Source: a virus (taxonomy: Duplodnaviria > Caudoviricetes). From it: DNA of 64,000 nt. Numbering within the stretch: position 1 is the stretch's first letter; every line of letters begins with the position of its first letter. The notes beneath the pieces were generated by a model. The model was not told the DNA's origin. It saw only the letters and a list, made by a program, of their open reading frames with translations, and made no database searches. Where the stretch lies: IMG/VR virus record IMGVR_UViG_3300026094_000002; one strand, 5' to 3'. Both the position numbers and the translations under genes were made by a program. This document shows, piece by piece, positions 18,782 through 28,758 of the stretch.

Positions 18782-19336
18782 TTATTGATCAGCACGATAG
18801 AACACATGCTCGCCAATTTGGCCGATGTACTGAAATGATAAGTTCCATGATGGATTAACATAGGCTGCATGATAATGTGTTGAACCTTCAGTTATTCCAC
18901 GAAATGTTTTATTTTTTAGAATTTGATAAGCAATAGTTTGTGCATTTCTCCACGATTCCCGATCTTTTGGATCGTCACTCTTGCCATCACAGAACCAAGA
19001 AAATTGGCAACGGTGTTTAACAGGTACTTCTTTTCCAGTGTTTTCAAGGTGCCACTCAGAGACTGGTCCTTGTTGTACAACATCACAGATATTATTTGGC
19101 CACCGCGTATCACGAACACGATTAAGTACAACATCTGCAACCGCAAATTGTCCTGCTGTCATGTCAGAACGTGCTTCAAAATAAATGTTTTTTGCAAGGC
19201 AGCGAATCTGCTCGTGACTTTCATCAATCTCCCAATCGGTGTCATTAACCAATGTATCACTATTGGCAGAGAATGCAGAAATCCAGAATCCCATTGCAAT
19301 TACTACTGCAAAAAATGTTTTCATAATAAAAATCAT
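18782..19336 (-). CDS. SleB-like cell wall hydrolase (Hydrolase_2)
   Basis: CLAKNIYFEAR, V.DVVLNRV, CQFSWFCDG, GSTHYHA, IGEHVFY. Confidence 0.9.
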   Translation of the reverse strand: MIFIMKTFFAVVIAMGFWISAFSANSDTLVNDTDWEIDESHEQIRCLAKNIYFEARSDMTAGQFAVADVVLNRVRDTRWPNNICDVVQQGPVSEWHLENTGKEVPVKHRCQFSWFCDGKSDDPKDRESWRNAQTIAYQILKNKTFRGITEGSTHYHAAYVNPSWNLSFQYIGQIGEHVFYRADQ

Positions 19337-19378
19337 CCATTTATTTAAGTGTGACGGATATAAAATTAAACACTATAC

Positions 19379-19765
19379 TTAACGTCTCATACGCGATATA
19401 TCTTTTGCCTGATCGCCATTGGTAATCGGAACTAAGTTTGATTTATGCATTGTGGCAATGCCTTTGATATAATCCCCATTGTACTCAGGAATTTCACTAC
19501 GACGAGCATTACCAACACCATGCCCAAGACTGGGAACATGGCGTGTTTCTCTACGATAGCCTTCTGAGGGGCGGTAGTGTGTTTTTGGTTTGGCGGTTGT
19601 TACCTGACTTTTACCAAAAACATATTTGACATACTCATCAAAAGACAAGCACTCACTATGTCGCCCAGACTGCTTGAGTCGGCGATTGTGTTCTCTGTGT
19701 TGATTTAACAGGCGAGAACGATGACTTTTTGTTAGTTTGCTTTTCGTCTTCTTTTTGTTAGTCAT
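19379..19765 (-). CDS. basic hypothetical phage protein
   Basis: GIATMHKSNLVPI C-terminal motif typical of T4-like phage ORFs; TTGACA promoter upstream. Confidence 0.55.
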   Translation of the reverse strand: MTNKKKTKSKLTKSHRSRLLNQHREHNRRLKQSGRHSECLSFDEYVKYVFGKSQVTTAKPKTHYRPSEGYRRETRHVPSLGHGVGNARRSEIPEYNGDYIKGIATMHKSNLVPITNGDQAKDISRMRR

Positions 19766-19837
19766 TTTTTGCCTTATATGTTTTTCTAATATATCAGCAG
19801 CAGACTGCTATGTCAAGAAAATGGAATAAATAAATTC

Positions 19838-20623
19838 ATGCAAGAAGTGATTAAGATAGAATTTCGTGAGCGGTGTGCACTTTTTGCACGTATGAGTTCA
19901 ATTGTATATCACGATGTTGATAATGTGGTTAATAAATTAGAAAATACTGAATTTCGGTTAATGAATTCATATGATACCGATGGCTCTCAAGCATTTAGTT
20001 TTATATCTGAAACTGATTTAATTGTTGCGTGTAGAGGAACAGAGCCCGATTGTTGGGCTGATTTAAAAGCCGACCTGCGTGCTTGGCCTAAAAAGTCGTC
20101 ATCTGGTGGTCGAGTTCATAGTGGATTTTCGTGGCACGTATCAAAGATTTGGCCGCAAATTGTTGCTGATTTAGAAACTGCAAAAGCACAGGGCCTAAAT
20201 GTTTGGTTTACTGGTCATTCATTAGGTGGTGCAATGGCAACAATTTTAGCGTCTCGTTGCCGACACGATGAGACACTTCCTGATCCAGTTCAACTCTACA
20301 CTTTCGGTTCTCCAAGAGTAGGATGGCCGAAGTATGTTGATTCTCTTGCTATCAACCATGTGCGATGGGTTAATAATAATGACGCGGTTGCATACTTACC
20401 GCCCCGCATAATGGGATACAAACACCATGGATTTGAATATTATTTGAATGCTTGGGGAAATGTTCGTTCTCCCACATTGTGGCAACGAATTAAAGACAAG
20501 TTTCGTGGTTATTGGTTCGCATGGAAGCAAGGAAAAATTGATTCATTTTCTGATCACAGTATCTCAGATTATGTAAAACATCTTGAGAGACATGCCGAAG
20601 GTTTAGAAGTATTACAAAGATAG
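19838..20623 (+). CDS. class 3 lipase (alpha/beta hydrolase)
   Basis: CRGTE, VHSGF, TGHSLGGA nucleophile elbow, TFGSPRVG, NNDAV, DH. Confidence 0.9.
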   Translation: MQEVIKIEFRERCALFARMSSIVYHDVDNVVNKLENTEFRLMNSYDTDGSQAFSFISETDLIVACRGTEPDCWADLKADLRAWPKKSSSGGRVHSGFSWHVSKIWPQIVADLETAKAQGLNVWFTGHSLGGAMATILASRCRHDETLPDPVQLYTFGSPRVGWPKYVDSLAINHVRWVNNNDAVAYLPPRIMGYKHHGFEYYLNAWGNVRSPTLWQRIKDKFRGYWFAWKQGKIDSFSDHSISDYVKHLERHAEGLEVLQR

Positions 20624-20627
20624 TACT

Positions 20628-22193
20628 TTAATCAATTCTTGGCGGTACTGTAAATGTGTGTGCTGGTGCAGGTGATGGTACTTCCCACTCTAGACCGTCC
20701 GCCCCTTCCCACGCTCTTGCATCTGCATTATTTTTGCCTCGGATACATTGCCATACTATAGCAAGAAACAATAGTTGGGTAAGACCGAATCCAAATCCAC
20801 CTATTGAACTAATCATATTCCAATCTGCAAACTGAACAGAATAGTCTGGTATGCGTCTTGGCATTCCTGCTAATCCTAAAAAATGTTGAGGGAAGAACAG
20901 TACATTCACAAATATTGTGCTGAGCCAAAAGTGCCACTGACCCAGTCTTTCTGAATAACGAGTGCCCGACCACTTTGGGAGCCAGTAATATGCCGCCGCT
21001 AATATTGCGAATACCGCTCCAGTTACCAAGACATAGTGAAAGTGTGCTACAACGAAATAGGTATCATGATACTGAAAATCTGCAGGAGCAATTGCTAGCA
21101 TTAAGCCAGAGAATCCACCTATTGTAAACAAGAATACAAATGCAAGAGCGAATAGCATTGGTGTTTCAAATGTCATAGCACCACGCCACATTGTGGCAAC
21201 CCAATTAAAGACTTTCACTCCAGTGGGAACTGATATCAACATTGTGGCATACATGAAGAAAAGTGTTCCTGCGAGCGGCATTCCTACAGTAAACATATGA
21301 TGTGCCCACACAATAAATGACAGGAACGCAATACTAGCAGTAGCATAAACCATTGAACTATATCCAAACAGTGGCTTACGAGCAAATGTAGGCAATATTG
21401 TAGATATAATACCAAATGCTGGCAGTATCATAATATAGACTTCTGGATGACCAAAAAACCAAAATATATGCTGATAAAGAACTGGGTCACCACCACCGGC
21501 TGCAGAGAAAAATGAAGTACCAAAGTACTGGTCGGTTAATAGCATTGTCACAGCACCAGACAGCACAGGCATAACAGCAATCATAAGATATGCAGTTACC
21601 AACCAAGTCCATGTAAAGATAGGCATCTTCATGAGAGTCATTCCGGGTGCTCTCATGTTTAATATGGTAGCCACAATATTAATTGAACCCATAATTGATG
21701 AAATGCCTAAAATGTGTATTGAGAATATAACAAATGGAAATGCCATGCCTGTTTGTAACATAAGGGGAGGATACATTGTCCATCCTCCCGCAGGACCACC
21801 GCCGGGCATGAATAGTGTTGAAAGTAGTACGGCAAACGCAAATGGCATTAGCCAGAAACTCCAGTTATTCATCCGGGGTAGGGCCATATCAGGTGCCCCT
21901 ATTTGCATGGGTATCATCCAGTTTGCTAAGCCAGTAAATGCTGGCATTACCGCACCAAAAATCATCACAAGAGCGTGCATAGTGGTCATTTGATTATAGA
22001 ATAATGGATCAACCAATTGCATACCGGGCATAAAAAGTTCTGCTCTTATGACCATTGCCATTGCACCACCAACAAAGAACATCAACAAACTCCACAGTAG
22101 GTACATTGATCCAATCTCTTTGTGGTTTGTAGTGGTTAGCCATCGTTTAATGCCGGTCGGCTCTATGTGTTCTGGTTGTGCTACGGTATCCAT
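20628..22193 (-). CDS. coxA: cytochrome c oxidase subunit I, type A1 (aa3-like)
   Basis: 521 aa uninterrupted; [43 protein letters not shown]. Confidence 0.97.
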   Translation of the reverse strand: MDTVAQPEHIEPTGIKRWLTTTNHKEIGSMYLLWSLLMFFVGGAMAMVIRAELFMPGMQLVDPLFYNQMTTMHALVMIFGAVMPAFTGLANWMIPMQIGAPDMALPRMNNWSFWLMPFAFAVLLSTLFMPGGGPAGGWTMYPPLMLQTGMAFPFVIFSIHILGISSIMGSINIVATILNMRAPGMTLMKMPIFTWTWLVTAYLMIAVMPVLSGAVTMLLTDQYFGTSFFSAAGGGDPVLYQHIFWFFGHPEVYIMILPAFGIISTILPTFARKPLFGYSSMVYATASIAFLSFIVWAHHMFTVGMPLAGTLFFMYATMLISVPTGVKVFNWVATMWRGAMTFETPMLFALAFVFLFTIGGFSGLMLAIAPADFQYHDTYFVVAHFHYVLVTGAVFAILAAAYYWLPKWSGTRYSERLGQWHFWLSTIFVNVLFFPQHFLGLAGMPRRIPDYSVQFADWNMISSIGGFGFGLTQLLFLAIVWQCIRGKNNADARAWEGADGLEWEVPSPAPAHTFTVPPRID

Positions 22194-22196
22194 TGT

Positions 22197-22652
22197 TTAG
22201 ACTCCTACTGGTCCTATAAATTGTTTTAATTCTCGTGCAAGACTCTTCTGCTCGTCTGCGTCTAAAAATTCTGCAAATTCTACTTTATCACTTTTACAGT
22301 GTAAAAATAATCTTGTGTGTTTCCACCTTCTTGGTACATTTTCTAATATTACTTCGCACCATATTTTTTCAAAAGAAATAGAACTTGATTTTGTTTTTCT
22401 TCCTTTTTCTAATGTCACTGTTGTTCGGTCTATATGCAGTACATTTTTCTCAAAACTTTTTTCTGCTGAGTACCATAAACTAGCAGCCACAAGTAAAAAT
22501 TCTGCTCCAGCAAATGGCACTATTAACCACAAGCCCAATTGAAAAAAATATAAAGATATAGAGAATAAAACGATTCCTAACAATGCCAAAAATCTTATTG
22601 ACAACCGCCAATCAGATTGAAATGACGGAGAAATAACATAGGTTTTATTCAT
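22197..22652 (-). CDS. DUF2244-like membrane protein
   Basis: I.P..S..W, two TM helices with GLW.I.PFAG.E, EFAEFL..DE...LA.EL C-terminus. Confidence 0.75.
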   Translation of the reverse strand: MNKTYVISPSFQSDWRLSIRFLALLGIVLFSISLYFFQLGLWLIVPFAGAEFLLVAASLWYSAEKSFEKNVLHIDRTTVTLEKGRKTKSSSISFEKIWCEVILENVPRRWKHTRLFLHCKSDKVEFAEFLDADEQKSLARELKQFIGPVGV

Positions 22653-22715
22653 TACGAACTATTTAGACAATACCATTACTATATCCTAAAATAGAGAGGG
22701 AATAAATACCTCATA

Positions 22716-23375
22716 ATGCTTATTAAAGAATTATTTGAAGCAGACAGAACCTATTCTGGAGACCCACTTGAAAAAGGTGGCACATCTATTAAAGGACAAG
22801 GTGCTGCTCCAGTCATCAAAAATCTTGCTGGCAAGGGAATATTCCAAGGTAAAACAGTGCTTGATTATGGTGCCGGAAAGTATGGCAGAAATGCAGAAGC
22901 AATCAAAGCAGCCGGTGGAACTGTCTATGCCTATGACCCATTTCACGGCAGTGGCTCTGATGGTTGGAATAGTGTTGCAGGAACACTTCCAGATAATAAA
23001 TTTGACATTGCATTTACCAGTTATGTTTTAAATGTGGTTCCAGAAAAAACCGAAGACCAAATATTGCGTGATGTAGAATCTCGCTCTAATAATATTTTAC
23101 ACATTACAAGAAATATGGATATATTTCAATCAGTTAAGAAAGCATTAATAAGAAAGGATAGTACGGTTGGCAATTTCTTTTTAGAACAGTTTGCCAATGA
23201 ACAAGAACGCGAGGCATTTGAAGAAGGTACGCTTAATGATGAAACTATATTAGAGTTTTGCAAACACGGTGTCCAGACTTCACGTGGTTTTCAGCGAATA
23301 CCAGAACTTGAAAATAAGGGATATAATTTAAAACAAAATACAGTTGGTTATAAACTTTATACTAGAGGAATGTAA
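22716..23375 (+). CDS. SAM-dependent methyltransferase (possibly DNA adenine)
   Basis: VLDYGAGKYGRN motif I, YDPF, SYVLNVV motif-IV-like. Confidence 0.7.
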   Translation: MLIKELFEADRTYSGDPLEKGGTSIKGQGAAPVIKNLAGKGIFQGKTVLDYGAGKYGRNAEAIKAAGGTVYAYDPFHGSGSDGWNSVAGTLPDNKFDIAFTSYVLNVVPEKTEDQILRDVESRSNNILHITRNMDIFQSVKKALIRKDSTVGNFFLEQFANEQEREAFEEGTLNDETILEFCKHGVQTSRGFQRIPELENKGYNLKQNTVGYKLYTRGM

Positions 23376-23380
23376 ATAAA

Positions 23381-24550
23381 TTAGTAAATTTTGAGAAGAC
23401 TGTTTAATTCAGGATGAGAATCAACTAATTTTTCTTCACGAAATAAATCTATTCTTTTAATTTCAGATTTTAATTCATTAAAATAATCAAAATTAGATTC
23501 ACCATCATTCATAAATTTAATAATATTATTAATATCATCGGTATCGTGAGGTAACAAGGCTTCTTCAATTTTTTCTTTTATGTCTTGCGGCAGATACTTG
23601 ACACAAAATCGTTCTTCAACAATTAACATACTCCAATTAATATGCATTAGGGGATAATGTTCTTTCATCCATCTTATAATTTTTTTAAAGTCTAATATAT
23701 TAAAAACGCTGACAGTCATATTACATGATAATGAGATATTTGTATTTTTATTAGCCAACTGCTCAAATGCATCCAAGTTTTTAACTAATGTATTCCAATC
23801 AGATTTTGATCTTTCATATTCAAATTTTTCAAAGATATTATCTATACTAACCATTATATCAACACTTTTGAATTTTTTCCAACTTTCAATAATATCTTTA
23901 TTTGGTAATATTGTTCCATTAGTAACATAGTCTATTTCAATATTTGAAACATCGCTAGTATTTGAAAATTTTTCAAGTAGTTGAAAGTGCTGATTTATCA
24001 GGAACGGTTCACCACCATAAAAACTTATTTTGGATAATAATGGAAGGTAATTTTCTAAATCCTCCCAAAATACTTTTGATGTTATAGGCCATTGTCCTTT
24101 TTTAAGAATTTCAAATTCAAACGAACTGCGTTTTTCTTCATCAGAATGGGTTTTTAATTCATTTTTTGCCCAGATACTACTTGCCCACGGCCCACATATT
24201 CGACACCGCAAATTGCATATGTTTCCAAATGCAATTGATAAACTGCTAAATTGACTTTGAACATCACCATTAAAATCAGTTTCTTTTTGCCTCAAACTCA
24301 TAATACCATTATCTTCTTCTTGCCAGCATTGAGCACAGGAAATAGGTTTTTTATTGTTTGATAAATCAGAGCGTAATTTTTTTAGATGATTGCTATTATA
24401 AATCTCATAAAAAGAATTTTTATTAACATTAAATTCTAAATTGTTTTTATCTTTAAGCCTATCACCCCAAATACAACATGGTGCTACACTACCATCCGCA
24501 TTAATTTCTAAGTTTTTCCATGGCTTACTACAAAAAGTTTCAGACAACAT
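23381..24550 (-). CDS. radical SAM protein with SPASM/twitch-like domain
   Basis: CNLRCRIC, GGEPF, TNGT; N-terminal C..PW...G.V.PCC and C..CW..E. Confidence 0.88.
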   Translation of the reverse strand: MLSETFCSKPWKNLEINADGSVAPCCIWGDRLKDKNNLEFNVNKNSFYEIYNSNHLKKLRSDLSNNKKPISCAQCWQEEDNGIMSLRQKETDFNGDVQSQFSSLSIAFGNICNLRCRICGPWASSIWAKNELKTHSDEEKRSSFEFEILKKGQWPITSKVFWEDLENYLPLLSKISFYGGEPFLINQHFQLLEKFSNTSDVSNIEIDYVTNGTILPNKDIIESWKKFKSVDIMVSIDNIFEKFEYERSKSDWNTLVKNLDAFEQLANKNTNISLSCNMTVSVFNILDFKKIIRWMKEHYPLMHINWSMLIVEERFCVKYLPQDIKEKIEEALLPHDTDDINNIIKFMNDGESNFDYFNELKSEIKRIDLFREEKLVDSHPELNSLLKIY

Positions 24551-24554
24551 AATT

Positions 24555-26105
24555 TTAATTTATTTCTGCTTGAACTTGGAAGAATTCGAGTTCAGGATCA
24601 TCATCACCAAAACTAACACTATCACTAACATCCATAGAGAAGTTTAAGCCACGCTTTTCTGCTATCTTCTGAACATTATTTAACATTTGCATTGACTTTT
24701 TATGGGGACTTGTAATTAGAGTCTTGCCGTTTTGCATTGCCGATATCAACATATTGATAAATGTTTTTACATCTTCAATATCGTTTTTAAGAAGTCGTCT
24801 ACTTTTACTATTGATACCGATAAGAAAGATTTCTTCTGGTGTTTCATACCATTGCGTCACAAAGTTGCCAGTGCCTGACTTCATTGTTTTTAATTCACCA
24901 TTAGGATAAAACGCTTGTAATGCTTGTTTGCTTTGTTTGGCTAAATCAACAACTTCTGGAGATTTATCACCAAAGTTTTTTTGTGTTAATTCATCATACT
25001 CTTCACTTGAGGTGGATGAAACATCTTCTTGAACTTCGTCGTCAATATCAAAAAATTCTTTGTACTTGTTCCAAGGTGGTTGATATTGTTTAATTTGTTC
25101 TTCCGCTTCTGGCCACCTACCTTTGATAAAATCACGTGCATACGCAAAAGCATAGTATGGATTTTGTTTAATCGCTTCTTCACCTTCTGGCCACCTACCT
25201 TTGATAAAATCACGTGCATACATAAAAGCATATTGTGGGCTTTGTTTAATCGCTTCTTCACCCTCTGGAAATCTGCCACCGATAGCGTCATCGGCATAAT
25301 AATAAGCTTTTCTTGGGTCCTGTTTAATCGCTTCTTCACTTTTGGCAAATACCTTTTTAAGCACTGGATGTTTGGTTCTAAAATATTGCAGCAATTCAGA
25401 GTCTATTCTTTCGTCGTTTTCGTCCATGAATTGGAAATCTTCACCAAAATGAAATTGGAACTTGTTGCTTTGTTTTTTCTCTGGCATCTTGCGTGAAGGA
25501 ATCCACACATATAAAGGACCTTGCTTTGAATAGTTTCTAAACATATTATCTGACTGAGTGGCAGCCGTACACCAACGAGTACCACTACCAATTTCACAAG
25601 AAGCCTCGGTAGTACGTGGAATAATTAACTGTCCCATATCTCCGACATAAAGCACCTCCATATCGTCAATATGTTCATAATCAAGATTCGCATCAACTGG
25701 TTCTTCTAAATCAGTGGCTTTTTTGAGTTTAGTGGCAATTTCTCGCAAATCACGCCAAGTGTATTTGTTTATATCCGTCTCAATACCAAGTTGTTGCTTT
25801 CTTTGCTTTGGTAACTCGTGAAAATCTTGGATATCATTGCGTAAAAACTCATTGATATCTTCAAGCTTCAAACTATTTTTCACAAACTGACGAACAATCC
25901 ATAGAACATATTTTTTATTAGGGGTGGGGTCAACGGATTCTATTCTACTCAGAACATTTTGACTAAGAGCATAAATTTGTTCTGGTGCAAGTTCTTCGTC
26001 TTTAATTCGTGGGTTGTCCAATTTTGCAGTATTCGCGATAGCAGTACCCATTTGTTCAATGGTTTTGTCTCGGTCATACTCAAAAAGAAATTCTTTTGAA
26101 CGCAT
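24555..26105 (-). CDS. hypothetical virion-type protein with 26-aa tandem repeats
   Basis: Start reassigned to MRSKEFLFE after TAAATA; GTRWCTAA motif. Confidence 0.65.
   Translation of the reverse strand: MRSKEFLFEYDRDKTIEQMGTAIANTAKLDNPRIKDEELAPEQIYALSQNVLSRIESVDPTPNKKYVLWIVRQFVKNSLKLEDINEFLRNDIQDFHELPKQRKQQLGIETDINKYTWRDLREIATKLKKATDLEEPVDANLDYEHIDDMEVLYVGDMGQLIIPRTTEASCEIGSGTRWCTAATQSDNMFRNYSKQGPLYVWIPSRKMPEKKQSNKFQFHFGEDFQFMDENDERIDSELLQYFRTKHPVLKKVFAKSEEAIKQDPRKAYYYADDAIGGRFPEGEEAIKQSPQYAFMYARDFIKGRWPEGEEAIKQNPYYAFAYARDFIKGRWPEAEEQIKQYQPPWNKYKEFFDIDDEVQEDVSSTSSEEYDELTQKNFGDKSPEVVDLAKQSKQALQAFYPNGELKTMKSGTGNFVTQWYETPEEIFLIGINSKSRRLLKNDIEDVKTFINMLISAMQNGKTLITSPHKKSMQMLNNVQKIAEKRGLNFSMDVSDSVSFGDDDPELEFFQVQAEIN
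25085..25345 (-). repeat. about 3.3 tandem 78-bp (26-aa) repeats
   Basis: ttctggccacctacctttgataaaatcacgtgcatac is identical at 25107 and 25185; EEAIKQ.P..A..YA...I.GR.PE. Confidence 0.85.
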
Positions 26106-26229
26106 AAAGTATTTATTAATTATAAACATAACAATAAATAGAAGCGGAAAGATAAGTTCTACCTGACATCTGGCAAAGACCGGGGCGACCGCCTTACAAG
26201 TCATCGTTTTACATTAAAGGAATTAAAAA

Positions 26230-26397
26230 ATGATCAATATTGATAGTGTTGGTCGTGTTTTAGTGGAAGCGGTGTCAATCAGTCCCAAAAGACGGAAAGA
26301 AACTGCTCTACAAACATGGACCAGAGTAGAGTATAAAAATAACGCAAGTTATGCGTGGACACAATTAAAGTCAGGTCGATTGCCAGAACAGGTATAA
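26230..26397 (+). CDS. 55-aa hypothetical protein
   Basis: Manual: AAAGGA RBS then MINIDSVGRVLVEAVSISPKRRKETALQTWTRVEYKNNASYAWTQLKSGRLPEQV; terminator hairpin follows. Confidence 0.6.
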   Translation: MINIDSVGRVLVEAVSISPKRRKETALQTWTRVEYKNNASYAWTQLKSGRLPEQV

Positions 26398-26423
26398 AAT
26401 CTTTCTGGCTTCGATATCCCCAA

Positions 26424-26452
26424 TGCCCTGTTTCCCGCAGGGCATTTTAGTA
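26424..26452 (+). terminator. intrinsic terminator
   Basis: AATGCCCTG-tttcccg-CAGGGCATT followed by TTT. Confidence 0.65.
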
Positions 26453-26587
26453 TGTAAATTTTGTTTATTTGTTCTTTATGGTCACAGGTGTTTTTATCTG
26501 TAATCGGTTGATTTTACATATTTTTTATGTAAATATATTATGTGTTGCAATGCAATATATTAGTTCAAAAAGGAATCAATTACAACC

Positions 26588-26824
26588 ATGACATCAATTA
26601 CACAAACATCACACGATACAAATTATTCAATCTCTGAAAAAGTTTCTACTTTTTTTAAAATTTTTTCAATTCGGTTAATTGCAATGTGTGAAACCATTGG
26701 TTCAGCAAGAGCGGCACAACATTTGTTCTCTCAAAATTGTCCTGAACAAGCACGATCTGTCATGACAAATTATCTTCATTCTTCTGAAGAAAGAAAGCAA
26801 ATGATTAAAGAGTTAAAGAAGTAA
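26588..26824 (+). CDS. hypothetical protein
   Basis: 78 aa ORF with AAAAGGA upstream; followed by a 41-aa ORF at 26831-26956. Confidence 0.5.
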   Translation: MTSITQTSHDTNYSISEKVSTFFKIFSIRLIAMCETIGSARAAQHLFSQNCPEQARSVMTNYLHSSEERKQMIKELKK

Positions 26825-26957
26825 GATAATATGAGTAATGTAGAAGAAAAGCAGAGAAAGATTGAATTGGCTGAAAGCCAATATAAGAAAAATTTGTATC
26901 AGAATAAACTCAGATCATTTAGAGTTTTTCCAGATTTTTCATCTGACCACAAATAAT

Positions 26958-26983
26958 AAAAAAGCGGCTTAGCCGCTTTTTTT
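26958..26983. terminator. bidirectional intrinsic terminator
   Basis: AAAAAAGCGGCTTAGCCGCTTTTTTT between convergent genes. Confidence 0.9.
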
Positions 26984-26986
26984 ATG

Positions 26987-27487
26987 TCAGTAATTTAATC
27001 TTGTTGTTGGGATTCCCGAGCGTTCCAAAAATTCTAAACCATTTGCATTACGATAGACTTTTTCATAATATACTTCTTTAATGCCAGCCTGATGAATTCC
27101 CTTTGCACATTCAATACAAGGGGCATGAGTCACAAATAGTGTTGCACCTTTTCCACTTTCTGTTGATTGTGTTAATTTCATTAGTGCATTCATTTCAGCA
27201 TGTAATACCTCTGGCTTTGTTTCTAACCTATAATTTTTCCCGTCCTTGTCCATATACGGATATTGTTCAGATAGATTATCTACACCCTGCCAGTTAGGTC
27301 TGTCATTCTCCATATAGATACGAGTTTCACAACTATTGTCCCATCCACTTGGTGTTCCATTCCAAGAGAATGATACAATATTGTCATTTTTAACAATAAT
27401 AGAACCAACTTGCAATCGTTTGGCTCGCGACAACTTAGCACATTCTCGTGCCACATTCATATAAAAGTCGAGTATTCTTTTTTTCAT
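26987..27487 (-). CDS. dCMP/cytidine deaminase
   Basis: S.AKRLQVG, WNGTPSG, HAEMNA, PCIECAK. Confidence 0.93.
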   Translation of the reverse strand: MKKRILDFYMNVARECAKLSRAKRLQVGSIIVKNDNIVSFSWNGTPSGWDNSCETRIYMENDRPNWQGVDNLSEQYPYMDKDGKNYRLETKPEVLHAEMNALMKLTQSTESGKGATLFVTHAPCIECAKGIHQAGIKEVYYEKVYRNANGLEFLERSGIPTTRLNY

Positions 27488-27497
27488 TTTATTTGTT

Positions 27498-28134
27498 TTA
27501 TGGGGTTTTTAGTTTTTCCAGTAGTAGTTCATGTTGCGTTAAATTTCTACACCAGTATTGGCCTTTTATTGGCACTTTACCCCAACCATCCATATAGATG
27601 TAATTTTCCCAATAAAATTTGAACCATATTGTTTTTCCAGATATTGTACTTTTTTTAGGAAACCATGCAAACTTTTTGATCCACTTTTCTTTAGAATCAT
27701 AGAATGCAGATATATGTTTCATAATATGGTCTTTATCTACCAACAAGTTCTTTTTCTAATTTAAATTGATTTTTTAGCCACCAACGGTGTCTGCGAAAAT
27801 AATCTGATGGGGTTTGGCAGTCAGGTTTCTGTCCAAGTTCAAATAACTCGTCTTGGTAATCAACCCACTTGCGATTAAGCCATACTCTAAATGCTGTGGT
27901 TTTTTGAGTCATTTTTCTCTCCTCTTGGTTTGCTTATTACAAAGTTCCTTGTAATTTATTCATTAAAAAATCTTGTGTGGTATATTTTCTAACAGACCTT
28001 GCGGGATCATGAATTGGCATAGAGTTCCATTCAATTACCAAATAGTATGGACTAAGCCAGCACCACTTTTTTCCATAACATTTTTTTGGTAACCAAGCAT
28101 ACTTCTTCTTTTCGCAGACTTTGTATATTGGCAT
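27498..28134 (-). other. three small ORFs: 27498-27746, 27733-27912 (manual, 59 aa), 27937-28134
   Basis: Tightly packed; first and third share a K.AW.PKK...K..W motif. Confidence 0.55.
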
Positions 28135-28137
28135 ATA

Positions 28138-28758
28138 TTAGCCTACGATGACATTATAAATTTCTTTCCAGTTTTTGACACGAGTTGCGTTGCCATTATA
28201 ATCTGTGTTGTGGTTATGTGCAAGAAGTATGCTATCCAAACCTACTTTAAGACCATCTTCGGCATTGCTGGCCTTATCTTCAATCCAATAACACCTGCTT
28301 TCCCGATACTGTTGAAGAGCATCAAACTTATTGGCTCCGCATGGCAAAAACACATACTTCTCAAAAACTGTTTCGCCAAATAGTTTTTCTAAATTCATGA
28401 CGCGAAGTTTTTGTGAATAACGGTTTTCTGACATACTGGTTATACAGTGAAAGACATATCCATGCTCACGATGTAATTTTTGAACATAATGAATAGCATC
28501 ACGGAAAGGTGGAAGAAAACCCATCATTGCAGATTGATTAAACCATTCAATCATCTGATAAGCATCTTTCAAACCATATCTGTCACCTGCTTTGTACGCA
28601 GCCGAGTCTTTTACTGGATAGCCATTTTCATGCATCCATGTGTCAAAAGAATGTATCCAATCTAACAAGACACCATCACAATCTACGAGAATAATTTTCT
28701 CTCGCAGAAGTTCTGGACTAATCCAATCAATATCAGTTGTTGTCATAATATTTTTCAA
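28138..28758 (-). CDS. HAD-family 5'(3')-nucleotidase-like protein
   Basis: DCDGVL motif I, ITS, K, WIEDK..N. Confidence 0.85.
   Translation of the reverse strand: MKNIMTTTDIDWISPELLREKIILVDCDGVLLDWIHSFDTWMHENGYPVKDSAAYKAGDRYGLKDAYQMIEWFNQSAMMGFLPPFRDAIHYVQKLHREHGYVFHCITSMSENRYSQKLRVMNLEKLFGETVFEKYVFLPCGANKFDALQQYRESRCYWIEDKASNAEDGLKVGLDSILLAHNHNTDYNGNATRVKNWKEIYNVIVG

Noticed and set aside
19838-23375. Host chromosomal contamination explaining coxA
   Set aside because: No other cox operon genes, phage-type promoters on both sides, tight packing and AT-biased codons; read-level confirmation is still needed.
24555-26204. Track start MTCKAVAP at 26204; similarly 41916, 59436, 32989
   Set aside because: These extensions cross promoters or other ORFs; downstream ATGs have better promoter/RBS context.
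26160-26215. c-di-GMP-I or ZTP riboswitch call
   Set aside because: GGCAAA and ACCGGGG fragments are present but the GACGCAAA and CGCCUGGGC elements are missing; kept only as an unnamed candidate leader.
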